Of a stretch of DNA of 24,000 nt, positions 15,124 through 22,211 are shown one piece after another. A program made the translations under genes and the position numbers. Numbering within the stretch: position 1 is the first letter of the stretch; each line of letters opens with the position of its first letter. Under the pieces are notes generated by a model. The model worked only from the letters and a program-made list of their open reading frames with translations, was not told the origin of the DNA and did no database searches. Source of the DNA: an uncultured Conexibacteraceae bacterium (GTDB taxonomy: Bacteria; Actinomycetota; Thermoleophilia; Solirubrobacterales; Solirubrobacteraceae); the NCBI GenBank assembly GCA_963761675.1, contig CAVXIA010000015.1:62054-86053 (forward strand), in the 5' to 3' direction.

Positions 15124-15546
15124 TCAGGAGAGTTCGGGCGGCAGCGCTCGGGGACCGTCGGGGTAGAGCTCCGTGATCATCTCGGGGGTCATTGCGCGCG
15201 TGTCGGCGCCCTCGAGCGGCGCGCCGACAACGAGCCAGAGCGCGGGCACGGCGGTGTCATTGAAGACCTGGCGCAGGCTCTGCGGCTCCACCAGCAGCGC
15301 GGACAATGGCTCGAGCGTCAGCAGCTCTTCGTCAACGCGAATGCGGCCGGTGCCCTCCAGAACGACATACAGCTCGTGTTGGGTGCGGTGCCGGTGGCGG
15401 GTGTTGGCTTGCCCTGGCTCCAGTCTCCACAGTCGCGCGCCGAGTGTCTCTGCTCCGAGCTGCTGGGCCAGGTCGGTGTTGGCTACCCCCATCTGGTTTG
15501 AGGGGCGCCAGAAGGCGTCTCGGGAATTCAGGACGCGAAATCCCAT
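15124..15546 (-). CDS. Cupin domain protein
   Basis: 'LWRLEPGQANTRHRHRTQHELYVVLEGTGRIRVDEE...L' is the cupin motif 1/2 pattern; 140 aa. Confidence 0.75.
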   Translation of the reverse strand: MGFRVLNSRDAFWRPSNQMGVANTDLAQQLGAETLGARLWRLEPGQANTRHRHRTQHELYVVLEGTGRIRVDEELLTLEPLSALLVEPQSLRQVFNDTAVPALWLVVGAPLEGADTRAMTPEMITELYPDGPRALPPELS

Positions 15547-15558
15547 GGCGAGATTCTA

Positions 15559-16476
15559 TTGGTCGCCCGAGTCCAGCTGCCACGGCTACCTGTCCCGTCC
15601 GAACAGCTCTCCAAACTGAACGGATGCCATGCCCGGGCGTCGGTGATCACACTGCAGTCAAAGCGGCTTCCTGAGCCACGACGAGTTGCGCCGCCGTCGC
15701 TGCGGGTCGGCCTGATCGGACTCGTGGGGGGTCTGCTCGCGGCTCTGGTTGGAGGCGCCGACGGGTTCTGGCTCTGCCTCCCGGCCGGGCTGTTGGCCGC
15801 GGCCGTCGCTCATACCAGCCGCGGTGGGCTGTGGAGCGCCGTGCCGGTGTGGCTGATCGGCGCCGCGGCGGCCGCAGCAGTTCAGCGCGGCGTGATGCCG
15901 CCGCTGTGGCTGGCGGTGCTCGTGCCGTGCGCCTGCCTGTCCGTGACCCTGGGCACCGGGGGACGCCTGCGACGCGAGCGCGACGCGCTGCGGGACGCCG
16001 CTCTCAGCGACCCGCTCACGGGGCTGGCCAACCGCCGCATGCTCATGTCGATGGCCGAGTACGAGATCGCTCGGCACCACCGAGCCGATGGCCGGTTCAC
16101 CGTCGTGATGTTGGACCTCGACGGGTTCAAGCCGCTCAACGACCGCCACGGCCACGCCGCCGGCGATCAGATGCTGCGGGATGTCGGTGCCGCGCTGACC
16201 CGCGCGCTGCGCGCTCAGGACACCATCGCTCGATTCGGCGGAGACGAGTTCTGCGTCATCGCGCCCGAGACCGAGCACCCGCGGGTGTTGGCGGCGCGGA
16301 TCGCCGGCGCGGTGTCAGAGGCCGCCGGTGGCCTCGATTCGCTCAGCGCCAGCGTCGGCCTGGCGGTATTCCCGGAGGACGGGACGTCGATCGAGCTGCT
16401 GCTGCGTGCGGCCGATGAGCGGCTGCTGGCGGCCAAGCGGCGACTTCACGGCGACGCCGAGCGGCGAGCCGCGTAG
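15559..16476 (+). CDS. Membrane-anchored diguanylate cyclase (GGDEF domain) with an intact I-site
   Basis: 'DPLTGLANRR', 'VVMLDLDGFKPLNDRHGHAAGDQML', 'RAQDTIARFGGDEFCV'. The N-terminal region holds 3-4 TM helices. The start is uncertain (TTG 15559 or GTG 15643). Confidence 0.85.
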   Translation: MVARVQLPRLPVPSEQLSKLNGCHARASVITLQSKRLPEPRRVAPPSLRVGLIGLVGGLLAALVGGADGFWLCLPAGLLAAAVAHTSRGGLWSAVPVWLIGAAAAAAVQRGVMPPLWLAVLVPCACLSVTLGTGGRLRRERDALRDAALSDPLTGLANRRMLMSMAEYEIARHHRADGRFTVVMLDLDGFKPLNDRHGHAAGDQMLRDVGAALTRALRAQDTIARFGGDEFCVIAPETEHPRVLAARIAGAVSEAAGGLDSLSASVGLAVFPEDGTSIELLLRAADERLLAAKRRLHGDAERRAA

Positions 16477-16485
16477 CGCTGCGCG

Positions 16486-17235
16486 GTGCCGACCGTGGGC
16501 GGTGGCGATAGGCTGCGCGTCACAGTGGCGAGCGGAAGCGAGGACCTATCGGCCTGGTACGCGTCGCCGGCTCTGCACTGGCCGGTGGGCGTCGCCAACC
16601 TCGACGCCAAGCGGGCGGTCGCAGAGCGGATCGCCGCGCGCGTCGAGGACGGTGCGCTGATCGGAGTCGGATCCGGTTCGGCGACGTACATGGCGCTCTG
16701 GGCGATCGGCGAGCGCGCCAGCCGCGAGTCGCTCTCGATCCGGGTGGTGACGGCCTCCTACGAGACGGAGATGGCCGCGTTGCGGCTTGGGGTACCGACG
16801 CTGCCGCTGGGCTCGGTGCAGCCGGAGTGGGGGGTGGACGGAGCGGACGAGGTCGATCCTCACGGGCGCCTGCTCAAGGGCCGCGGTGGCGCGATGTTTC
16901 GAGAGAAGATCCTCTGGTTCACGTGCACGCGGATGTTCTTGGCGATCGATTCGAGCAAGCAGGTCGAGCGGCTGGGGCAGGGCTTTCCGGTTCCGGTGGA
17001 GGTCGACCGTGCCGCGGTGGATCTGGTCGGCCGCTGGCTTGATACCCATGGCTCCAGCTCGTGGGAACTGCGTCTTGCCGGTGGCAAGGACGGGCCCGTG
17101 CTGACCGAGTCCGGGAACCTGGTGATCGACGCCTGGTTCGATGAGATCGAGCAGGGGTTCCACGCGCGCCTGAAGGCACTCCCCGGAGTGATCGAGACCG
17201 GTCTCTTCGAGGGCTACACGTTCGAGGTCGTCTGA
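16486..17235 (+). CDS. rpiA: Ribose-5-phosphate isomerase A
   Basis: 'KRAVAERIAARVEDGALIGVGSGSAT', 'GVDGADEVD', 'LLKGRGGAMFREKI', 'FPVPVEV', 'TESGNLVID', 'LPGVIETGLF'. It has a ~35-aa N-terminal extension relative to typical RpiA, so the true start may be an internal GTG (16525 or 16585). Confidence 0.85.
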   Translation: MPTVGGGDRLRVTVASGSEDLSAWYASPALHWPVGVANLDAKRAVAERIAARVEDGALIGVGSGSATYMALWAIGERASRESLSIRVVTASYETEMAALRLGVPTLPLGSVQPEWGVDGADEVDPHGRLLKGRGGAMFREKILWFTCTRMFLAIDSSKQVERLGQGFPVPVEVDRAAVDLVGRWLDTHGSSSWELRLAGGKDGPVLTESGNLVIDAWFDEIEQGFHARLKALPGVIETGLFEGYTFEVV

Positions 17236-17258
17236 CTCGGATCGAGCGGGGCCGGGCG

Positions 17259-17669
17259 CTACTCGGACTGGCGCCCGAGAATCGCCACGAAGCGGTCGAT
17301 CCGCCGGCGCTGCTCGTCGTCCAACGGGCCGGTTGACTCGGCCAGCAGCGTCATGGGGCCGCGATCCCGCGCCCATGTGCGAGCTCGCTCGCTGAAACCG
17401 GCGGCCAGCCACACGAGCGGAAGCGAACCGGCGTAGGCGATTACGATCGCGTCTTCGAGATCGCGCGTCGACTCGGCTCTCACCACGGAGATGACGCTCT
17501 GCCCCAGATCATGAGCGACGGCGTCGATCGCGCCAAGACCCTCTGCACCCAGCAGAGCGACCTCGCCCTCGCGCAGCATGTCTCGTGCCCAACCGGCCGG
17601 GGCACCCGTCAGGGCGGAGGGCGCACAGATGAAGCGGAAGCGTGTCGCGGGCGCGGATGGTTCGGACAT
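17259..17669 (-). CDS. Hypothetical protein
   Basis: A 136-aa ORF that fills the gap between rpiA and the TauE gene and has a balanced amino-acid composition. I recognise no family. Confidence 0.45.
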   Translation of the reverse strand: MSEPSAPATRFRFICAPSALTGAPAGWARDMLREGEVALLGAEGLGAIDAVAHDLGQSVISVVRAESTRDLEDAIVIAYAGSLPLVWLAAGFSERARTWARDRGPMTLLAESTGPLDDEQRRRIDRFVAILGRQSE

Positions 17670-17792
17670 GGCCGGGAAGCTACTGGCTTGTGCATGAGAA
17701 GGTCCGTCGAACGATTCGCGTGAACGTGGATAGACTTGGTTGACCCAATCGGTTTTGTGGGGTCAGCCCGGCCCGCACCAGGCCCGTCTCAG

Positions 17793-18782
17793 ATGCAGAT
17801 CGATCCCTACATCGTCCTTGGAAGCGCAGTCGTCGGGCTGCTCGTCGGCATGACCGGCGCGGGCGGTGGCGCGCTGATGACGCCGATGCTGATCCTGCTG
17901 TTCGGCGTGACGCCGACGGCCGCCATCTCCAGCGACCTGGTCGCCTCCGTGGTGATGAGGCCGGTCGGAGCGGGCGTTCATCTGCGTGCCGGGACGGTCA
18001 ACAAGCGGCTCGTGCTGCTGATGTCCTGCGGCTCGGTCCCGGCGGCGATCCTCGGCTCCTACCTGCTCAGCCTGATGGGCGACTCCACCACCGATGTCAA
18101 GCGCATCGAGTTGATCCTCGGCACCGCGCTGCTGATAGGCGCCGCGGCCATGGTCCTGCGTTTCTTCCTCGACCGCCGCTCGGGCACAGATCGCGACGCC
18201 CATGTCAGCGAGATCACCCCTCGCCCCGCTCTGACGATCCTGGTCGGCGTGATCGGAGGCGTGATAGTCGGGATGACCTCGGTCGGGTCCGGCTCCTTGA
18301 TGATCGTGATGATGCTTTTCCTGTACCCGATGATCAGCGCCAAACAGCTCGTCGGAACCGACCTCACTCAGGCGGTGCCGCTCACGCTTGCGGCGGCGGT
18401 CGGCGCGCTGATCTTCGGCAACGTGCAGTTCGGACTGACGGCCTCACTGATCATCGGCTCGGTGCCGGCGGTCTTCATCGGCTCGATGCTGTCCTCGAGC
18501 ATCCCGGATCGTTATATCCGCCCCGTGATCGCATTTGTGATCCTCGCGTCGGGCCTCAAGTACGTCGGTCTCGCCACGACTGCGCTTGGTTGGACGCTCG
18601 TTGCCGTGCTGCTTGCGGGCGCCGGCTTCGTCGCGTACGAGCTCGGCCGTTCACGCACGGCCGAGGCCCGCTTGGCCTCGGCCGGCGCCGCACCCACTCT
18701 CGACGTCGGCTCCGCACCGGCTCCCGAGGCTGTGCCCGCCGCGGCGGAGGCAGGGCCCGCGGACGCGTCGCTCGCCGGCTGA
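17793..18782 (+). CDS. TauE/SafE (DUF81) family anion exporter
   Basis: 'GLLVGMTGAGGGALMTPMLILLFG' and a second internal copy 'GVIVGMTSVGSGSLMIVMMLF' form the duplicated 4-TM TauE pattern. The C-terminal tail is Ala/Pro-rich. I chose ATG 17793 over the track start at 17736. Confidence 0.85.
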   Translation: MQIDPYIVLGSAVVGLLVGMTGAGGGALMTPMLILLFGVTPTAAISSDLVASVVMRPVGAGVHLRAGTVNKRLVLLMSCGSVPAAILGSYLLSLMGDSTTDVKRIELILGTALLIGAAAMVLRFFLDRRSGTDRDAHVSEITPRPALTILVGVIGGVIVGMTSVGSGSLMIVMMLFLYPMISAKQLVGTDLTQAVPLTLAAAVGALIFGNVQFGLTASLIIGSVPAVFIGSMLSSSIPDRYIRPVIAFVILASGLKYVGLATTALGWTLVAVLLAGAGFVAYELGRSRTAEARLASAGAAPTLDVGSAPAPEAVPAAAEAGPADASLAG

Positions 18783-18786
18783 GACG

Positions 18787-18809
18787 GCCGCCGGACTCTT
18801 CCCGGCGGC
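18787..18809 (+). terminator. Hairpin immediately after the TauE stop (terminator-like)
   Basis: GCCGCCGG (18787-18794) pairs with CCGGCGGC (18802-18809), an 8-bp perfect stem with a 7-nt loop, 4 nt after the stop. There is no T-tract. Confidence 0.4.
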
Positions 18810-18927
18810 TCCGGGCGCGGAGCGTCTAGGATCCGGTCGGCTGGATTCCCGTAACCGTCTGGGAGGCCGCGCAGTGAGCGCGAATCGAAACCTGGTTCTG
18901 ACGGCGATGGCCCGCTGAGATCGGGCC

Positions 18928-19332
18928 ATGCCACACGAAGCATCCGAACTCTCCTGGCTGGTCGTGAAGCCGAGCCCATGGTCCGTCGAGGAGACCGTGA
19001 CGCGTCTGTCGGATGTGATCGCGACTCGTGGTGCGAAGCTGTTCGCCGTAATCGATCACAGCGGCGAAGCCCGAGACAGCGGGCTCGATCTGCGAGATAC
19101 GAAGGTCGTGATCTTCGGCAGCCCGCTGGCCGGAACGCCTGTGATGGAAGACGCGCCGCTCGCTGCGCTCGACCTGCCGCTGAAGGTGTTGGTCTTCGAT
19201 GACGCCGGGGCTACCAAGGTCTGCTATGCCTCGCCAACCGGGCTCGCAGATCGCTACGGGCTGTCGCCGGATCTGGTGCCCAGGCTCGCCGCAATCGATG
19301 TGATCACCGATGCCGCGCTCGCGCATGGCTGA
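18928..19332 (+). CDS. DUF302 domain protein
   Basis: 'SVEETVTRLSDVIATRGAKLFAVIDHSGEARDSGLDLRDTKVVIFGSPLAGTPVMEDAPLAALDLPLKVLVFDD' matches the DUF302 pattern. Confidence 0.8.
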   Translation: MPHEASELSWLVVKPSPWSVEETVTRLSDVIATRGAKLFAVIDHSGEARDSGLDLRDTKVVIFGSPLAGTPVMEDAPLAALDLPLKVLVFDDAGATKVCYASPTGLADRYGLSPDLVPRLAAIDVITDAALAHG

Positions 19333-19386
19333 GTGCGACCGAAAGCCCTCACCCGGCATGGGTGATGCCATCTCACCCATGTTCTG

Positions 19387-20343
19387 GTGAAATCCGGAGC
19401 TGTGCGCGAAACATTCGGAATCCGGGTCAGGGCCCTCGTAAAGGCGATACGGGACGGCGATCCCGAGGACATCGAGGCGGCCGTGCTCAGCGTCAGTCGC
19501 AGCCACCGTTGGCTGGCGCCGCTCGCACTCACGATCAGCACGCTCGTCCTGCTGATAGACGGTCTGCGCCTGATCTTCTCCAACTGGCGTCTCACGATCC
19601 TGCAGGTGCTGCCGGCGGTGTGGGTGTGGCTGGCGATGTTCGACCTCAAGGTTCACGTCCTTCATGGCAGGAGCTTTCACGAGATCACCGGCTGGAGATC
19701 ATGGGCTGCGATGGGGTTGATCGCGGTGATCACGATCGGGGCCTTCTATCTGAACGCGGTCACCGCCTTCGCGATCATGAACCCCGATGGCCCCTCGCTT
19801 CCCGAGGGACGGCGAAGCGCGCGGCGCAACTGGCGGATGGTGGTGACCTCGGGCGCGGTGATCGGAGTGCTGGTGGGGTGGTCAGCGGTCTTCGCAGCGC
19901 GCCACGGGCGCCACTGGTTCACGCTCTTCATGGGGATCAGCGTGGGCCTGATGATGCTCGCGTATGTGTCGGTGCCGACGCGTCTGCTGAATGCGGACAC
20001 GAAGCGGATGACGAGACGTGACAAGCTTGTCAATGCCGCGGTGACCGGAACGCTCAGCGGTGTGGCCGCCGCACCGGCCTACGTGCTCAGCAGGGTTGGA
20101 ATCCTGATGCTCGGCAGCCACGCGCTGTTCATCCCGGGCGTTATCGTGACCGCTGTGGGGTTCGCCCTCGAGGCGGGCGCATCGAGCGCGGTTCGGGCGA
20201 TCAAGATGAGCATGAAGCTGCTGGCGGGTGGCGCGCTCGAGCCGTCGGATGCGGAGGCCGCGGCGACGCGGCCGAGCGCAGCAGCTGAGCCCACTGCGGC
20301 GGAGCCGGCTGCAACGGGGACGTCTGAGGCGCCGGGCGGCTGA
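19387..20343 (+). CDS. Hypothetical integral membrane protein
   Basis: A 318-aa ORF with about six hydrophobic segments, a GTG start, and an Ala/Glu/Pro-rich C-terminal tail. I recognise no family. Confidence 0.55.
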   Translation: MKSGAVRETFGIRVRALVKAIRDGDPEDIEAAVLSVSRSHRWLAPLALTISTLVLLIDGLRLIFSNWRLTILQVLPAVWVWLAMFDLKVHVLHGRSFHEITGWRSWAAMGLIAVITIGAFYLNAVTAFAIMNPDGPSLPEGRRSARRNWRMVVTSGAVIGVLVGWSAVFAARHGRHWFTLFMGISVGLMMLAYVSVPTRLLNADTKRMTRRDKLVNAAVTGTLSGVAAAPAYVLSRVGILMLGSHALFIPGVIVTAVGFALEAGASSAVRAIKMSMKLLAGGALEPSDAEAAATRPSAAAEPTAAEPAATGTSEAPGG

Positions 20344-20347
20344 CTGA

Positions 20348-21589
20348 TCAGGCGGTGGCGACGCCGCCGGCGTCGGAAGAGCCGGGCAGCGAGATGTGTG
20401 CAGAGGGGAACTCGCGCAGCATCTGACGGCGCAGGATCTCGGTGCCGACCATCGCCAGGATCGTGAAGACCAGCATGCCAATCGGTTTGCCTGTGGCCGG
20501 GAATGGTTGCCAGATGAAGAGGATCAGCAGGATCCCCGCGACAACGGCGAACATCCCTCCGGGGTGCGTCTCTGCGTGCGGGGCGAGCCAGCGACGGGCG
20601 GCCACCGCCCAGGAGGCCGGACCGGCGAACCACGAACAGGCGATGAGCACAGCGCCGATGAAGACCACGCCGCCTGCGATCTGTGTCAGCAATGAGGTCG
20701 CAATCGAGACGACCGCGCTCGCGGTCGCCTGCATGGACGCGTCGCTCGTCAGCGCCGGCGGGACCTGACCCACGATGATCGAGCGGATCAGAACAACGAT
20801 CAGACCGACCACAACGCCGCAGATCCCGATCGTCATCAGCGTCCTGCGGCGGCGGCTGGGCGGAGCGACGGCCAGCGCTGCGGCAAACAACAGCGGAACC
20901 AGGATCGTGAGGATCAACGAGAGGCCCTTGAGGGCCCTGCCGAAGTCCTGGACCAGGCTGAGCTGCTTCGACTTCAAGACCACGAGGTTGGCGACCGACG
21001 CGGGCAGCTTGGCGCCCAGGTCGCTACTTATCCCCAGCTGCGCCGCAACCTGGTTCACGACCGACCGCAGGTCCAGTGTCACCTGGCCGTTGTTGAAGTG
21101 AACCGAGCCCGACTGCCCGTTGATGATGTTGATCAGCTGCTGGTCGGTCGCGCGGTTGACCCGCCGCCAGATGTTCTGAAACTCAGGTCGAGAGAGAGCC
21201 AGTTCCGTGACGGACACGGCTCCGTTCTGAAGCGCACCGGCCAGCGGCGTCGCCAGCGGCTTCAGCCGCGGTGGCAGCGCCGAACCGATCTTCTGGGAGA
21301 CGTTGACGTTGGCGTAGATCTCGTCGACGATGTAATTCGCGGCTGTCGCGCGGACTGCGGGGTTCTGGAGCAGCTGGGTGCTGGTGGTGGACCAGTTGTC
21401 CGCGTTGAGCACCTGGCGGTCAGCCCAGATCGCGAGGATCGCGATCACCGTCAGCACCGACGCGATCCCGATCAGGATCCGGGACCAGACGCGGCGGGTC
21501 TTGGTGTCCGAGGCTGGGCGCCCAGGAGTGGTTACGGCAGCGTCCGGCTGCGCTCCGTCGGCTGCCTCTATCGGACGGTCGGTGCTCAC
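20348..21589 (-). CDS. Hypothetical integral membrane protein with a large extracytoplasmic loop
   Basis: At 413 aa it has an N-terminal TM ('ILIGIASVLTVIAILAIW'), a ~170-aa polar domain and then 4-5 TM segments. GTG start at 21589. Confidence 0.6.
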   Translation of the reverse strand: MSTDRPIEAADGAQPDAAVTTPGRPASDTKTRRVWSRILIGIASVLTVIAILAIWADRQVLNADNWSTTSTQLLQNPAVRATAANYIVDEIYANVNVSQKIGSALPPRLKPLATPLAGALQNGAVSVTELALSRPEFQNIWRRVNRATDQQLINIINGQSGSVHFNNGQVTLDLRSVVNQVAAQLGISSDLGAKLPASVANLVVLKSKQLSLVQDFGRALKGLSLILTILVPLLFAAALAVAPPSRRRRTLMTIGICGVVVGLIVVLIRSIIVGQVPPALTSDASMQATASAVVSIATSLLTQIAGGVVFIGAVLIACSWFAGPASWAVAARRWLAPHAETHPGGMFAVVAGILLILFIWQPFPATGKPIGMLVFTILAMVGTEILRRQMLREFPSAHISLPGSSDAGGVATA

Positions 21590-21751
21590 GACCGCACAGG
21601 ATCGGTTGTCGGTGGGTGACCGCGCGTCACCCTTCGAGGGTGAGACGGAGGATCTGCCAGGCTCGCGTCGGCGGATAAGGCAGGGATAAGTCGGGTGGCA
21701 GGGAATTAAGGCCAGTCACATGACATTTCCCATACGGAGGAGGAACTTAGG

Positions 21752-22153
21752 ATGAGCTATTCCGGGCAGTCGGCCGGCGGGTCGGTCCAGGGGGCGGGCC
21801 GTGTTGTTCTTGCCTCGGTGCTGCTGCTGATCGGCGGCATCCTGAACATCATCTGGGGGATCGCGGCGATCGGCAATTCGCATTTCTTTACGGCGAACGC
21901 CCACTACGTCTTCTCCGACCTGCACACGTGGGGCTGGATCACTTTGATCCTCGGGGTCCTCGAGCTCTGTGCGGCGGGGTCGCTCTGGGCCGGCAACGAG
22001 TTTGGCCGCTGGTTCGCGATCGTTGTGGCCTCACTGGCGATGATGGGCGCGCTGTTCGACATGCCCTCTTACCCGTTCTGGTCACTGGCGGTGTTTGCGC
22101 TGAGCCTCTGGATCCTTCACGGCCTCTTCATCTACGGCGAGTCGACCAACTGA
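21752..22153 (+). CDS. Small four-TM membrane protein (HdeD/DUF308-like or DUF7144-like)
   Basis: The ATG is preceded by GGAGGAGG 7 nt upstream. 'ILNIIWGIAAI' and 'WGWITLILGVLELCAAGSLWAGNEFGRWFAIV' resemble actinobacterial small membrane proteins of this type. Confidence 0.7.
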   Translation: MSYSGQSAGGSVQGAGRVVLASVLLLIGGILNIIWGIAAIGNSHFFTANAHYVFSDLHTWGWITLILGVLELCAAGSLWAGNEFGRWFAIVVASLAMMGALFDMPSYPFWSLAVFALSLWILHGLFIYGESTN

Positions 22154-22177
22154 GACGGGGCGCGAAGGGCGCTCTGA

Positions 22178-22209
22178 CGCGCCGGTGGCCCAGCGGGGCC
22201 GCCGGCGCG
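22178..22209. terminator. Bidirectional terminator-like hairpin between convergent genes
   Basis: A 14-bp stem (22178-22191 pairing with 22196-22209, including one G-U/T-G position at 22186/22201) with the 4-nt loop AGCG. It lies between the stop at 22151-22153 (+) and the stop at 22212-22214 (-). Confidence 0.5.
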
Positions 22210-22211
22210 AG

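Noticed and set aside
17235-17267. Direct repeat ACTCGGA (17235-17241 and 17261-17267) between the convergent rpiA and hypothetical genes.
   Set aside because: It is only 7 bp and is expected by chance in this composition. There is no associated hairpin or mobile-element signature.
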